Source: Eledone cirrhosa (Eukaryota). From it: DNA of 64,000 bases. The stretch is taken from contig OZ024749.1 of the NCBI GenBank assembly GCA_964016885.1, positions 620,001 to 684,000 on the forward strand, written 5' to 3'. A model generated the notes under the pieces. It was not told where the DNA came from. It saw only the letters and a list, made by a program, of their open reading frames with translations, and searched no databases. Below are positions 1 through 11,927 of this stretch, one piece after another. A program made the position numbers and the translations under genes. Positions within the stretch are counted from its first letter, which is position 1. The number at the start of each line of letters is the position of its first letter.

Positions 1-381
1 AAATGAAGCACAAAATGCTGCCCAGTCTGGGGATCGAACTGTTTATATCTTATCTATCAAAAATCCTCTCATTTTATGCAAGAACCTTTGTTTTAAGTTA
101 TTCTCTAAACACCAGCATAATAATGAGAAAGTTAGCTATATTACTAAATCCTTCAAAATTCTTAATTATTTTGAAAATGATTCATTTGGAAATCATAAAC
201 AGTATCTTTCATTAAAATCATGGTACAGGAAAGGTTAAATTTTTGCATTGATGTATGTATAATATAAAAATGAATGTGTAGGTAATATATATATAAGTAA
301 TGTATATATAAGATGTATCAATAATGAATATGATGTATAATGTATATATAAGCAATGTAAAAGACACACACACACATATAT

Positions 382-716
382 ATCATCATTTCATTTTACG
401 TCCGCTTTTCCCTGCTTGCAAGGGTGGGACGGGAACTGATTCTGGCTTGATTTCTACAGCTGGATGCCCTTCCTAACACCAACCTCATTTACAGTGAGTG
501 CTGGGTGCTTTTTTCCCGTAGCACCTCCACGACCACTTTGCAGTGGAATGATATGGACCTCAGTCCCTATCATCTCATTTCTACAGCTGAGTAAACTGGA
601 GCAATGTGAAATAAAGTGTCTTGCTCAAGGAAACAACACATCACCCGGTCTGAGAATTGAACTCACAACCTTTCGATTGCAAGGCCAATGCTCTAACCAC
701 TAAGCCATGTGCCTCC
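382..716 (-). mobile_element. tRNA-headed CORE-like SINE with RTE-LINE-derived 3' tail
   Basis: Minus strand starts GGAGGCACATGGCTTAGTGGTTAGAGC (A box) and has GAGTTCAATTC (B box). The centre CCTTGAGCAAGACAC...CAGTTTACTCAGCTGTAGAAATGAG resembles the MIR/CORE domain. The last ~165 nt match the 3' UTR of the RTE at 56325-56540, ending in (GAT)n. Near-identical copy at 48164-48512. Confidence 0.85.
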
Positions 717-1126
717 ATATATATATATATATATATGTGTGTGTATGAGTGTGCGTGTGCATAACTGATGTATGTAAAAGATGTGAATAGAAATAATGTG
801 CAGCAAGAAAGACATAGTTGATAAAAGGTAGGCATTGAACAGCATCTAGTTTAGTCACAGAACACTGTGTGTGGTGAAAGTATCAACTTGCACATATGAA
901 GTGTTAATTCCAGTGAGAAAATAAGAAATCTAAGCAGCCATTATAACTAGATCTCCTTTAACTGGAGAAATAACATCTCTTTTATAATGCTTTAAAATCA
1001 TGTTATTGGGGGTGGTTACCTACAAAAGTGTGACTTGACTTACAGGCCTAAGTTTTCATTCCGTAAAACAAAGGAATAGGAAAATCAGGTTGCCATAGTT
1101 AAATGTCACCTGAAGAAAGACGTTAA

Positions 1127-2192
1127 AATAGAAGGGTTGACTCTTTACAAGGTCAATAAATAATAGAAGGGTCGACTCTACAATGTCAATAAATAATAGA
1201 AAGGTGACTCTACAATGTCAATAAATAATAGAAGGGTCGACTCTACAATAACAATAAATAATAGAAGCGTCAACTCTTTACAATGTCAATAAATAATAGA
1301 AGGGTCGACCCTACAATGTCAATAAATATTAGAAAGGCCGACTCTACAATGTCAATAAATAATAGGGTCGACTCTACAATGTCAATAAATAATAGAAGGC
1401 TAGACACTACAATGTCAATAAATAATAGAAGTGTCAACTCTTTACAATGTCAATAAATAATAGAAGGGCCAACTCTAAATTGTCAATAAATAATATAAGG
1501 GTCGACTCTACAATGTCAATAAATAATAGAAGGCCCGACTCTAAAATGTCAATAAATAATAGAAGGGTCAACTCTTTACAATGTCAATAAATAATAGAAG
1601 GGTCGACTCTACAATGTCAATAAATAATAGAAGGGTTGACTGTACAATGTCAATAATAGAAGGTTCGACTCTACAATGTCAATAAATAATAGAAGGGCCA
1701 ACTCTAAATTGTCAATAAATAATAGAAGGGTCAACTCTTTACAATGTCAATAAATAATAGAAGGGTTGACTCTACAATGTCAATAAATAATAGAAGGGTC
1801 GACTCTACAATGTCAATAAATAATAGAAGGGTCGACTCTTTACAATGTCAATAAATAATAGAAGGGTCGACTCTTTACAATGTCAATAAATAATAGAAAG
1901 GTTGACTCTACAATGTCAATAAATAATAGAAAGGTCAACTCTTTACAATGTCAATAAATAATAGAAGGGTCGACTCTACAATGTCAATAAATAATAGAAG
2001 GCTAAACTCTACAATGTCAATAAATAATAGAAGTGTCAACTCTTTACAATGTCAATAAATAATAGAAGGGCCAACTCTAAATTGTCAATAAATAATAGAA
2101 GGGTCGACTCTACAATGTCAATAAATAATAGAAGGGTCGACTCTACAATGTCAATAAATAATAGAAGGGTCGACTCTACAATGTCAATAAAT
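1127..2192. repeat. 33-bp minisatellite (AATAATAGAAGGGTCGACTCTACAATGTCAATA), ~32 copies, with 35-bp variants
   Basis: Direct tandem repeats. The ORF track shows an 11-aa period (MSINNRRVDST). Confidence 0.95.
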
Positions 2193-3148
2193 ACAGGATT
2201 GAATGTTTATGAAATCTTTTCATTTCCTAACTTCAATAAAGTTTTCAGTTTTCAGGAATTGATGAACTTTTGAATAGAAATATAATAATAGGCTGGTCTC
2301 TAATGTTGAGTATTTTGTATGGGTGTGTAAAGTAAAAGAGAGAGAGAGAGTCTGAATGTGCATGCATGTGTCTGTGTGTGTGTTTTAAAGGGATTCTAAA
2401 GAAGAAATGGGGATATAACTGACAAAGATATTTGTAAAAGTGAAAAAGAAGAACTAGTGTGATGGTAAGATGGTATTACTAGTGTGATTATAGATGGTAG
2501 GATGGTATTAAAAGGGGAAAGGAGTTAATCATGAGATGAGACCAAAGAGGCGGTGTTTCCATTACTGATATAGGTCCCACATCCATTAATAACTCTACCA
2601 ATCCACTTATTTCCTCTCTCACCATGAAAAGTAGTTGGTTCTGGCAGGATTGACCTTGAAACAAGGCAGCTAATTACACAACAATCCGCCTATCAAACAC
2701 ACAACTTTATGATCATGAGTCCAATACCCTAACCACTAGGCCACATGCCTAGATCTTTTGTAAGGGGATAACCCCCCACACACCACCCCCAGTCTCGAAT
2801 GCCTTGGAAATAGATACAAATTTGAAACTCAATGCTATATAAAGAATCAATTATATTCATGAATCATTGAACAAATTTGAAAGTATGTCAGCTAAATCTT
2901 GCTCTGCTTCAATGTAGTTTTTCCACTATGGAGATATTGAAACAAATTGGGCCATATAAGTCTCTTGTGACAGAAAAAGTAGAAAGTATCACCATATTAA
3001 AAAAAGAAACTTGTTGAAGCAGCTTACATTAAGCTGACATACATTCTAAATTCAAACAATGTTAAACATGTGGATGAAATATTCCATACAGGCTTCATCA
3101 GTCAAAACAGCTGTCAAATTTTTCAAACAAAAAATTCTGAATGTTTAA

Positions 3149-3368
3149 CCCATTAGCATTTATATTATTCTATATATGCTATTGCATTTTTGTAGAAAAG
3201 GCTCATCTTACATAATTATCTCACATAATATCGAATCTATGAAATTTTGATGTTATTTATTTTGAGAACAATACCTTAACGCCAGTATGAGCAGCCAGTT
3301 ACAGCTGGTTTCAACAGAAAAAGGTAAGAGAATTCTGGCTGGATACAGCCGGCTTAAATGCTAAAGAG
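3149..3368. mobile_element. piggyBac-type MITE
   Basis: TTAA|CCCATTAGCATTT ... AAATGCTAAAGAG|TTAA. A related copy lies in the opposite orientation at 62726-62933. Confidence 0.75.
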
Positions 3369-3867
3369 TTAAATCACTTTGTTCAATGTCTCATAAATTG
3401 ATATTCTAATAACTGTATAACCTTTTTGTCCACGTGTCACACACAATGCTACCATTGTGAAATTGTTAGGAACAAGATGGGCGGAAGGTGTGGCACAAAT
3501 ATACTAAAATGTTTTTTTCAATCTCTGTATGTGTGACTGGGTGAATATATATATATATTATCATCTAGTATAAAGAAAATGAAAAATCAGTGATGCATCT
3601 GGACTCAATTTATTGCGTGTTACAATTGTTTCACCGGCAGGTGGCTCGAGACATGATACCTGTATGGATGTGGCTGATTCTACTGCTGCAGGTTCCTTCA
3701 GACACGGGTAGTTCGTTCGGAGCAAATTTTATCACTGGGGTGTTATCATAAAAAAACACCCTCAAAAAACCTTGTCCACTCTTGTCATGCCATTGGCTGT
3801 TGTTACTCCACGTCATCTTAAGTTCTGGTCACTATCTACTGCTATATTATCATCTATATATATATTA

Positions 3868-4365
3868 TCATCATCGTTTAACATTCATCTTCCACGCTAG
3901 CATCGGTTGGACGGGTTTGTCCCACTCGAGGCAAGATTGGTCGGGTGACCATGTCTCACTCGTATAGAACTGTTTCTGGCAGGTTTTCTACGGCTGGATG
4001 CCCTTCCTAACACCAACCACATTTACAGGAGCCTTTTTACCATGTCTCCTACACGACTACTTTACAGCATGGACTGGGTGCTTTTTGTTGTGTCACCTAC
4101 ACAACCACTTTACAGTGGATGGAAATGGGAGGATGAAGTAGGGGTGTGGGGTGGGATGTATATTGGGTTAAGAGGGTCCTACTGACTGTAGGTTTAAGTT
4201 CATATGTAAGGGAAGGCAGGTCTTCTGTATTACTGTGTAATCCAGTGACATTGTCTTAGAGAGGTTTAAGTGAGCAAGGTGAGTTTTTATCAGCTCGTCC
4301 CAGGTTTTTCTTGGTCTACTCACTCCGTAGCTTCCATTAATTCTGATGGCTCTGCACTTTTTTAT
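3868..4365 (-). mobile_element. 5'-truncated RTE LINE 3' fragment
   Basis: (CAT)n tail and RTE 3' UTR. The translation GSYGVSRPRKTWDELIK matches the C-terminus of the LINE at 55352-56293. Confidence 0.8.
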
Positions 4366-4372
4366 ATATATA

Positions 4373-4997
4373 CTAGCAGTGGTACACGGCGTTGCACGAG
4401 ATAAGGTATTTTGGAACACGGGCTGCCAACAGACCTAATCTTGGAAAAACTGCATGCCTAGACAATATGTAAAGAAAATAAACTGAATACTCTGATGGCT
4501 GGATAATCTTTAAGATTTTCCTCGATGAAGCAGGAAAAATGCAGATTTTCACCTAATGCGGGCCCTAGGGGATCAAAAAAATGAATTTTTTTTATGTGCA
4601 TAATATGCCTTGAAATATCGGGAAAATCGGCTAGACGTAACGCCTCAACAAAGCTGAAAAAAAATGAAGTTTTTCACCTAATGCCATAAAAAAGTTGGAT
4701 TCTCACAGTTTTGAAGAAGAGACTGACTAATACATAGTTACAATTTCAAGGAAATCGGTCTGACGTAACGCCTCACAAAACCCCTAAAAAGCTGGAAAAA
4801 ACACAGTTTTTCACCTAATGTGGGCCCTAGGGGATCAAAAAGTTGATGTGCATAACACAAGTTATGTGCCTAACACCCCCTGAAACATAAATAATACACA
4901 TGTAAAGTTTGAAAAAAATTGGTTGGGTACTTCTGGAGTTTTAGGAATTCAAACTCAGACACTCACACAGACAGACATCCAGTTTTATATATATAGA
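4373..4997 (-). mobile_element. non-autonomous Helitron
   Basis: Minus strand begins A|TCTATATATATAAAACTGGATGTCTGTCTGTG and ends with an imperfect hairpin (CTCGTGCAACGCCGTGTAC) then CTAG|T. It is inserted between A and T with no TSD. Internal duplicated blocks are present (TTTTCACCTAATG x3, GGCCCTAGGGGATCAAAAA x2). Confidence 0.8.
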
Positions 4998-5935
4998 TAA
5001 TGGTTGAATATATATTGGTCAATCTGATGACTTTGTTTTATTATTATTATTATTATTATTATTTTAACTCACAGGATAACCCATATACAAATTGTAAGTT
5101 GAACGTTTTACTGTTTTAAAGTTTGCTTTTTATTAATTGTTTACTATTTTGTCTTTGCTTTTTATAGTGAAGGCCTGGTTGAAGGCTTAATGGCCCATTC
5201 TTTACTGTTTTCAATTTGTAAAAACATACCACCGTGTTCCTCAAATATAGGGAATACTAGCTTAGCTCCCTTTCACTGTCACATGACACTGAAAGTGGCA
5301 CTGACTACAGTAATAGCAATTCCACACCAAATACCGTGGGCCAGTGTTTGACCTGTTCCAAGGAGGCTAACTCCCCGCCAATGAAGCTACTCTTAGCTAA
5401 TTACATAATGTTTAATAGCATTACCGAATTTCTGTGCATGCCAGTCCAATATGGACTGTTGCCAGCAGATGGGGTAACAGAAACTAGAGCATAAGTTCAG
5501 AGACAGGGAATTAAATTCTCTACCCACACAAAATGGTTTCTCTCACTATTAACATATAAGTGTGCCCTCTACTTTCCTGTCTGCTTGGTATCTTAATGAT
5601 ACTGGCTTAATTAAAGTGAGTGGGAAAATGGTTGAAGATATATCGGTCCTTCTGATAACTTTGTTTCAATATTATTATTATTATTATATATACACACACA
5701 CACATACATGTATGTATGAAATAAACATTGAAACAGAAGTTACAAAATCATATTTATTATACGTATTTCTGTGACACCAGCATGGAGCCATTATGCAATT
5801 TTTACAACAGCAAGCGGCACTGGTGTGATGTATTCAAATGTTAACACACACATATAGGGTGCAGCAGAAAAACCTCCCATATTTACTGAGACTGTAAAAT
5901 ATGGGAGCTTTTTCTCATGCACATTATATACACAA

Positions 5936-5968
<33 letters not shown>

Positions 5969-5974
5969 ACTTGA

Positions 5975-6540
5975 TGCTTATGACAGCAAAGAAGAACAGA
6001 TATAGTCATTCAATATAGAAGAACACTGGGAGTTCTTAAAAAATAACCTACTGAAGGCGATAGACAAGATCTGTGGATGGAGGAAGACTACAGTGAGAAA
6101 GAGAGTGACTTGGTGGTGGAACAATAAGGTAGATGTGACAATTAAGGCCAAGAGACAGGCATAGAAAAAAATGGAAGAACATGGGAAGCAGGGAACACTA
6201 CATAGAGGCCAGGAGGGAAGCAGAGGATACAAAATTCAAGCATGTTTTGCAGCGGGAGGACCAGAAACATGAGGTGTTCAGGATTATGAAGCACTGCGTT
6301 AGAAAAAACTGCGATATCATTGGTGGACCCCATAGAGGGCCCAGCAGTACAAGTGAGCAGCAGTGTAGTAAGTAAGGCAATTAAGGATATGAAGACTGGG
6401 AAAGGCAATGACACAGGACCGAGACCTTTGGCGTTACACAGTAATACAGAAGACCCACCGGCTGACACATACAGTATACCCGCAGCCACCCTCCCACTGT
6501 AAAGTGGTCGTGTCACAACAATAAGCATCCAGCCCACACC
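5975..6540 (+). mobile_element. internally deleted RTE LINE fragment
   Basis: Homologous to 54090-54680 (EDTKFKHVLQREDQK, DPIEGPAVQVSSSVV), joined to 3' UTR sequence. Confidence 0.85.
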
Positions 6541-6671
6541 CTAAATTCTAATCAAAGTCCCCATTGAAGCAACAAACAAAATATCAGAAATTTAAGAATT
6601 AAAGAGACAATTCTCATCAATGAACTAAAGACTTCTAGATGTGAACTGAGGCTGATTGGCTGTTGAATGTA

Positions 6672-6795
6672 ATAATTGTTTCTTTTTGCACAAGGCCAGC
6701 AATTACCCAATACATTACTGGTACTTTATTAAATCGAACCTGACCCCGTAAAGATGAAAGGCAAAGTTAACCTCGGCAGGACTTGATTTGAATAA
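6672..6795 (-). mobile_element. Nin-domain-like SINE fragment
   Basis: GCACAAGGCCAGCAATT...GACCCCGTAAAGATGAAAGGCAAAGTTAACCTCGGC. Same family as 58400-58542, with further copies near 11970-12170, 17850-18050, 25960-26020 and 63185-63600. Confidence 0.7.
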
Positions 6796-6954
6796 TGCCA
6801 GTCTGTGAACTACTGACTGGCTGTTGATTGTAATAATGCCACTACTTATTCCATCTGTATAAAGAAGACCAGTATGCCACATGACACTTTATCTTTTGAA
6901 ATAACAATAAAATATCAATGAAATTGAAAATGTATATATTTTGTCTTACATACT

Positions 6955-6999
6955 TCACTTCCATTTCCACTTCTTTATTTCTAATTTGCACTGAGTTTT
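6955..6999 (-). CDS. possible last coding exon of the host gene (KTQCKLEIKKWKWK*)
   Basis: Strong acceptor TTTTATTTTGTTTTAG. Phase-0 entry fits the previous exon and reaches TGA after 14 codons. A donor-like GTATGT/GTAAGA follows just after. Confidence 0.35.
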   Translation of the reverse strand, partial: KTQCKLEIKKWKWK

Positions 7000-8243
7000 C
7001 TAAAACAAAATAAAATTCAGTAGACTGAAACTGTTTGGAAGCTCGTCAATTGGACTGTACCTGTAATTCCTTTGAATTACAGGTACAGTATGCTGAATCT
7101 CCCTGAGAATTACATTAAGGGTACATGTGATTATGGAATGCTTAGCCACTTGCACAGTAATTTGATCAAACAATTTAAACACTCTTCATTGAAACCGATG
7201 GAGGTCCATTTTGTAAGAAAATGTTTTATCCAAACTCTAACTTGACAGACATATTTTACTACACCTCTTTCAAAATTCTTTGATATTCAAAAAAATTAAT
7301 AAAAAAATATAGACAGAATATTTCCACAAAATATGGTAATGAAAGGGTTAATTATACATCTCATACTGCTTCATATAAACTATGCTATTCTAATAAAAAA
7401 AAAAAAACAATGAAAAAAGAGTTTGTTATATAAGATAATAATTCATAAAATACAGAGAAATAAAAATTGAAGATAGGGAGTTGATTGTCAGATCAAACCA
7501 AGGAAACTAAGTTTCAATAGATCTTTCCATTGCTTTTACTATCTGCCAGTTGCAACTCCCAGCAGAAGTCGACAGAATTTAAACTGAAAAAACAGAAGTA
7601 GATGAGAGACCAATTCATTTACAATTCTACCCATCCACTACTCTGGTACATTTTTATTGATTCCAAAAGGAAGAAAGGCAAAGTTGACTAGTGTGATTTG
7701 AACTTGTAGTGTAGTGAGCCAGAAAAAATATTGAAGCATTTAATTTGATATTCTCACAACACTGCTAGTTAATCACCTTGAAATCATAAGAAAAAGTAAA
7801 GGGAGATATTAAAAAAAAATAATTGGATGGATCAAAGGAGCAAGTAGTGAGAAAAAATGTTCACCCATAAAACAAAAAGTACAGTGAAATACTAAATAGT
7901 AAAGTAAGGTCAATTGTTTGGCTAGTGTGTATGATAAGGGTGGCTATCAGACCATATAAGTGACTTAGTAGAAGCCACATTAAATAACTCAGCATATAAT
8001 TAGGTGACCAATGTTGTGGCAGAACCAAAGATTTTAAAAAAGCATCAATATTTAATAAAGGTTCTATTAGAAATTATAAGATTTGATGATGTTAATAATA
8101 ATAGTTTCTGATTTAGACACAAGGCCAACAATTTAATTGACATTACCCTCCCACAAAATTATTGGCCTTGTATATATCAAAAATCATTATTACTATTATA
8201 GATTAAAAGGAAAGAAACAAAATGGTAAAGAGAGCCTACATAC

Positions 8244-8491
8244 CAGAGAGTCCACCTGTGTGGACATATCTGTGTCGTGTTTGCCCTCAGAGAAAGCTGC
8301 TGATTTGGCAGCGGAACCATTTTTTCTGATGAAGCTGTCATGGAGAGCTGTAGTGGCCGCTTGGGCCATACTCTGAGTAAAAGTAGTCAGTGGCAGACTG
8401 TTGGGACGTTGGTTCTGCGATGGTTCTTCTTTCAAATATTCTACCTGACTTCTGGTCCTCTTTCGCATTGAACTTTCATTCATTTCAAATT
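8244..8491 (-). CDS. host gene exon (EFEMNESSMRKRTRSQ...QVDSL)
   Basis: Acceptor TTTGTTTTTGTTGTAG and donor GTATGT. Phase-1 entry matches the phase-1 exit of exon 11861-11927, and the frame is open. Confidence 0.75.
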
Positions 8492-8807
8492 CTACAACAA
8501 AAACAAACTCTATCATCAACAGCCCATCATTAAATAGAATATATATATATATATACCTATATATAGATGTGTGTTTGAGTATTTATATATGTGTATATAT
8601 ATATATATATATTTAGGTTTGTTGGTTCACAACCGGATAGAAGTGGTCATTCCGTATGGTCAATCTTGATGCAATATTATGGAAAGTACACAACGTAGTG
8701 CAATTCACCCGTCTTCGTTTGTGTAGTTGGTGGTGCGAATACGGAGTTAATTATTATGAATAAAATAACAGGAGGTTGGACTCGTGTAAATCCTTGAAAG
8801 GTTTATT

Positions 8808-8865
8808 ATACTATGATCATTTCAATGACCGGGTTCCGTATGAATCCGGTGATATCATCAGGTTT
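8808..8865 (-). ncRNA. minimal type-I hammerhead ribozyme motif (family B)
   Basis: Reverse complement of the motif at 9070-9127, with one stem-I substitution. Confidence 0.55.
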
Positions 8866-9069
8866 TCGAAATATAACAAAGGAATATATAAAAATCCATG
8901 GGTCCGAAAATTAGAGACAGAGAGGACGACTGACCAACTAGCTGTTTTCACCTCGGTCAGTCGCCCTCAAGTTGGGGGCGACTGACCGAGGTGAAAACAG
9001 CTAGTTGGTCAGTCGTCTGCCTGATTTTCGGACCCATGGATTTTTATATATTCCTTTGTTATATTTCGA

Positions 9070-9127
9070 ATACCTGATGATATCACCGGATTCATACGGA
9101 ACCCGGTCATTGAAATGATCATAGTAT
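9070..9127 (+). ncRNA. minimal type-I hammerhead ribozyme motif (family B)
   Basis: ATAC-CTGATGA-[TATCACCGG...CCGGTCATT stem II]-GAAA-TGATCA-TA^GTAT. Stem III is palindromic and stem I is ATAC/GTAT. The base of stem II is imperfect. Confidence 0.65.
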
Positions 9128-9177
9128 AATAAACCTTTCAAGGATTTACACCAGTCCAGCCTCCAGTTATTTTATTC

Positions 9178-9217
<40 letters not shown>

Positions 9218-9301
9218 CATATATATGTATGTGTGTATGTAAAAAGTAAAGAGATAAACACAGGGTGTTTAGTTAGCTATTTTGGGGAATGCATATATGT
9301 A

Positions 9302-9930
9302 TCACCATCATCATCATTTTAACATCTGCTTTCCCTGCTAGCAAGGGCTGGATGGATCTACCTAGACCAAGTCATTACTGAAGCAGGACTATTGACCTCC
9401 CAAACAGGCCCGAGGGTCTGCATCTTGCTTACATATGGTCTCACATTCTACTGAGTGCACAGAAGAGGTTGCCATGTCTTTGACACAACCCTTTGTTTGG
9501 CTAGTTTTCTATGGCTGGATGCCCTTCCTGTCACCAACCACTTTACAGGGTGCGTTGTGTAGAACACGAACACTAGAGAGGTTGCCAATCACGGAACAAC
9601 TGCTCAACACTTTGTTTTCCCATAGAAATGAAAACATTGAAGTGGTGGGAGTGGCACACACGAGTGCCGGAACAGTGATGGAGAGAATAACTGTTAGTGG
9701 CATGGGTGAGGTGCATCAGAGTAAGGAGAGTAGCTACAAGAATGCAATAGTGAGGGAGTCTAGAGGATTTTGAGGGGGAACAGCTAAGGAGTGATGGGAG
9801 TATAGGTGTCCAAGTGGGGGTGGTATAGTGATGACAATAGCTGTTAGGGAGGGCTAGTGTAAAGGGGAGTAGACAAGGGGATAAGTCAGGCCACATTGTA
9901 AGCTAAAGGGGGTCTTCACCATTACAGCAT
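9302..9930 (-). mobile_element. RTE-tailed non-autonomous retroelement
   Basis: (CAT)n tail and the RTE 3' UTR motif GGCTGGATGCCCTTCC, joined to a pyrimidine-rich, 5'-UTR-like segment. The 5' boundary is approximate. Confidence 0.5.
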
Positions 9931-10473
9931 AGGGCCAGCCCTCAGTCTTTTGTTGAGAGATTTAGTTTTTATGGTCAGTTTTCATTAACTAATTGCCAGC
10001 TTGTGCAACAGAAAATAAGTATTTCTACTCGTAGGATGTATGCTTGATAAGACAAACAAATTAGATAGACAGATAGATTAGAGGGAGAAAAGTAGGAAGC
10101 ATCCATTCGTCACCAAGTCGCAGCTAGAAAGGACAACAAAATTGGCCCTATCCCGTAGTAGAAGTGGTCTCTTTTGCAAACAAGGCAAAACGAAAAACAA
10201 TTTTTTTAAGAGATGCATTAAAAAATTATTTTTTGAAAAATAAAAATACAAATGAAAGACACAGAACTCCAGTGTCATCGGCTGTTGAGATGGGCTTTGG
10301 CAGTTTCGACCCCTACCAACGGTACTGCTGGTCCCTCCGGGGTCACAGTGTCTGATACAAGCCAAATGCTGTCAAGTGGAGTAAGACGAGAAACAAGACA
10401 TTAATTTATAGCAATTAAGCTATAACAAGTACAGATAGAATTTTATGTGTGTGTGTGTGTATATATATATGTG

Positions 10474-11530
10474 TATCATCATCATCCCCATTTAACGTCC
10501 AGTTTCCTATACATGGGTTAGACGGGTTGTCCCATTTGAGGCAAGTTGGGTCAGGTGTTTCTACGACTGGACGACCACTTTATAGTGTGGGCTGGGCGCT
10601 TTTTTCCGTGTTACCATCACAACCACTTTACAGGGTGACCTTGAGGCTTCACTAGATGTATGCTACAGCCTGTCCTCATGAGAGATGTATGGAAGGGTGG
10701 GGTGGTGGTGTATACTATATATATGTATGCATCTGTTTCAGCCTGTGCCCATGGGATGGCAGGTCTTCTGTATTACTGTATAACGCCAGAGATCCCAGTA
10801 CTATGTCATCACCTTTGAGAGGTGAAATTACGCAAGGTCAGCTTTTATTACTTCAACCCATGTCTTCCTGGGTCTTCCCACTCCAAGGCTTCTATCAACT
10901 TTGAGCATTCTGCACCTTTTTATATATCTGTCATCCTTCAAACGCATCACATATCCATACCAATGCCATCTCTTCTCCTGCACACGGCATCAGATTCCTC
11001 CTAGTTTCTCTCTCAGTTCGTTTATGCTTTGTTGTTCATATATATTACTATTACACATCCAAGCTTCATTTCTTTCCAATCTACGCAGGTTTTCTGCACA
11101 TAGTGCCCAAGTCTTACTACCATACAACATTGCTATTTGTATGCATGCATCATACATTCTGCCTTTCATTGTGAAGGAAAAGCCTTTTGTAGCTAGCAGT
11201 GGTAGTAGCTCCCTGAAATTCTTCCATCCCGTTCTTACCCTGGTTACTGTACTTTCAGAACACCCACCTCAGTTACTAATTCGGTCACCCAAAGTATCAG
11301 AAGCTGTCTACTGCTTCTTCCGAACCTTCCTGTAGTCGTTTGCTGCTAACTGTCCGGGCAGCTGCTACATGTAAAGCCTATATTCTTAGCTAAATTTCTC
11401 AAGATCCCACTACATCACTTGAGTACCCATAGTTAGCATTTGGGACAGAGGATGGACTTTCTACTCACAACTTTCCTACATACTGAGCAAGGCCATTTCC
11501 TCGAAGGGATCAGGGTTCTGTTTCAGCTTG
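10474..11530 (-). mobile_element. decayed RTE LINE 3' part
   Basis: Reverse complement of 55450-56540, covering the Cys-rich finger, WKKFRELLPLL and the 3' UTR. Confidence 0.85.
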
Positions 11531-11860
11531 CTCCTCTTCATAACAGTGCCATCCAGTTCCATACTTTTTATGTGGGTGAAGCTCCCAAACTAAGGTACTG
11601 TAGTGAAAAGGGTTTGGCATGGCTAACTGGCCTGTCCCTCCTCATAACGGTGCCACATTGTTCTACATTTTAAATGTAGTTGGTGCTAGGAAGGACATCC
11701 AGCTGTAAAAATCCCTACCAAATTTGGCCAGACATGCCTCTTTACGTGGATGACCCGCCTAACCCATGGATTATGGACATTAAACGATGATGATGATATA
11801 TATATATATATATATATATATAATAAGAAAAAACTGAAGAAAGAGTAAAGGTTTTTTTAC

Positions 11861-11927
11861 CTCCAAGTTTTCTAATGGCGTACATTTCGTCTGAATGATA
11901 CAACAAATGAGCTGATTTTTCAATGAC
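11861..11927 (-). CDS. host gene small exon (VIEKSAHLLYHSDEMYAIRKLG)
   Basis: Acceptor TTGTACTTACAG and donor GAG|GTAAAA. The 67-nt exon is phase 0 in and phase 1 out, bridging both neighbours in frame. Confidence 0.75.

Larger units (their letters stand above)
8613..9182. mobile_element. non-coding Penelope-type inverted terminal-repeat pair (long palindrome) with hammerhead motifs
   Basis: Arms 8753-8970 and 8972-9182 are near-perfect reverse complements centred on 8971. The unit is flanked by (TA)n on both sides. A single copy of the same repeat lies at ~19500-19833. Confidence 0.75.

Noticed and set aside
640-716. Functional tRNA gene
   Set aside because: The A and B boxes belong to the SINE head. 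There is no acceptor stem or terminator, and the sequence continues into the CORE-like body.
1127-2192. CRISPR-like array (also 26985, 28361, 46993)
   Set aside because: These are head-to-tail tandem repeats with no unique spacers and no cas genes, in a eukaryotic context.
7054-7089. Perfect 16-bp hairpin ACTGTACCTGTAATTC/GAATTACAGGTACAGT as terminator or ncRNA
   Set aside because: It lies in what appears to be a decayed SINE fragment, with no other support.
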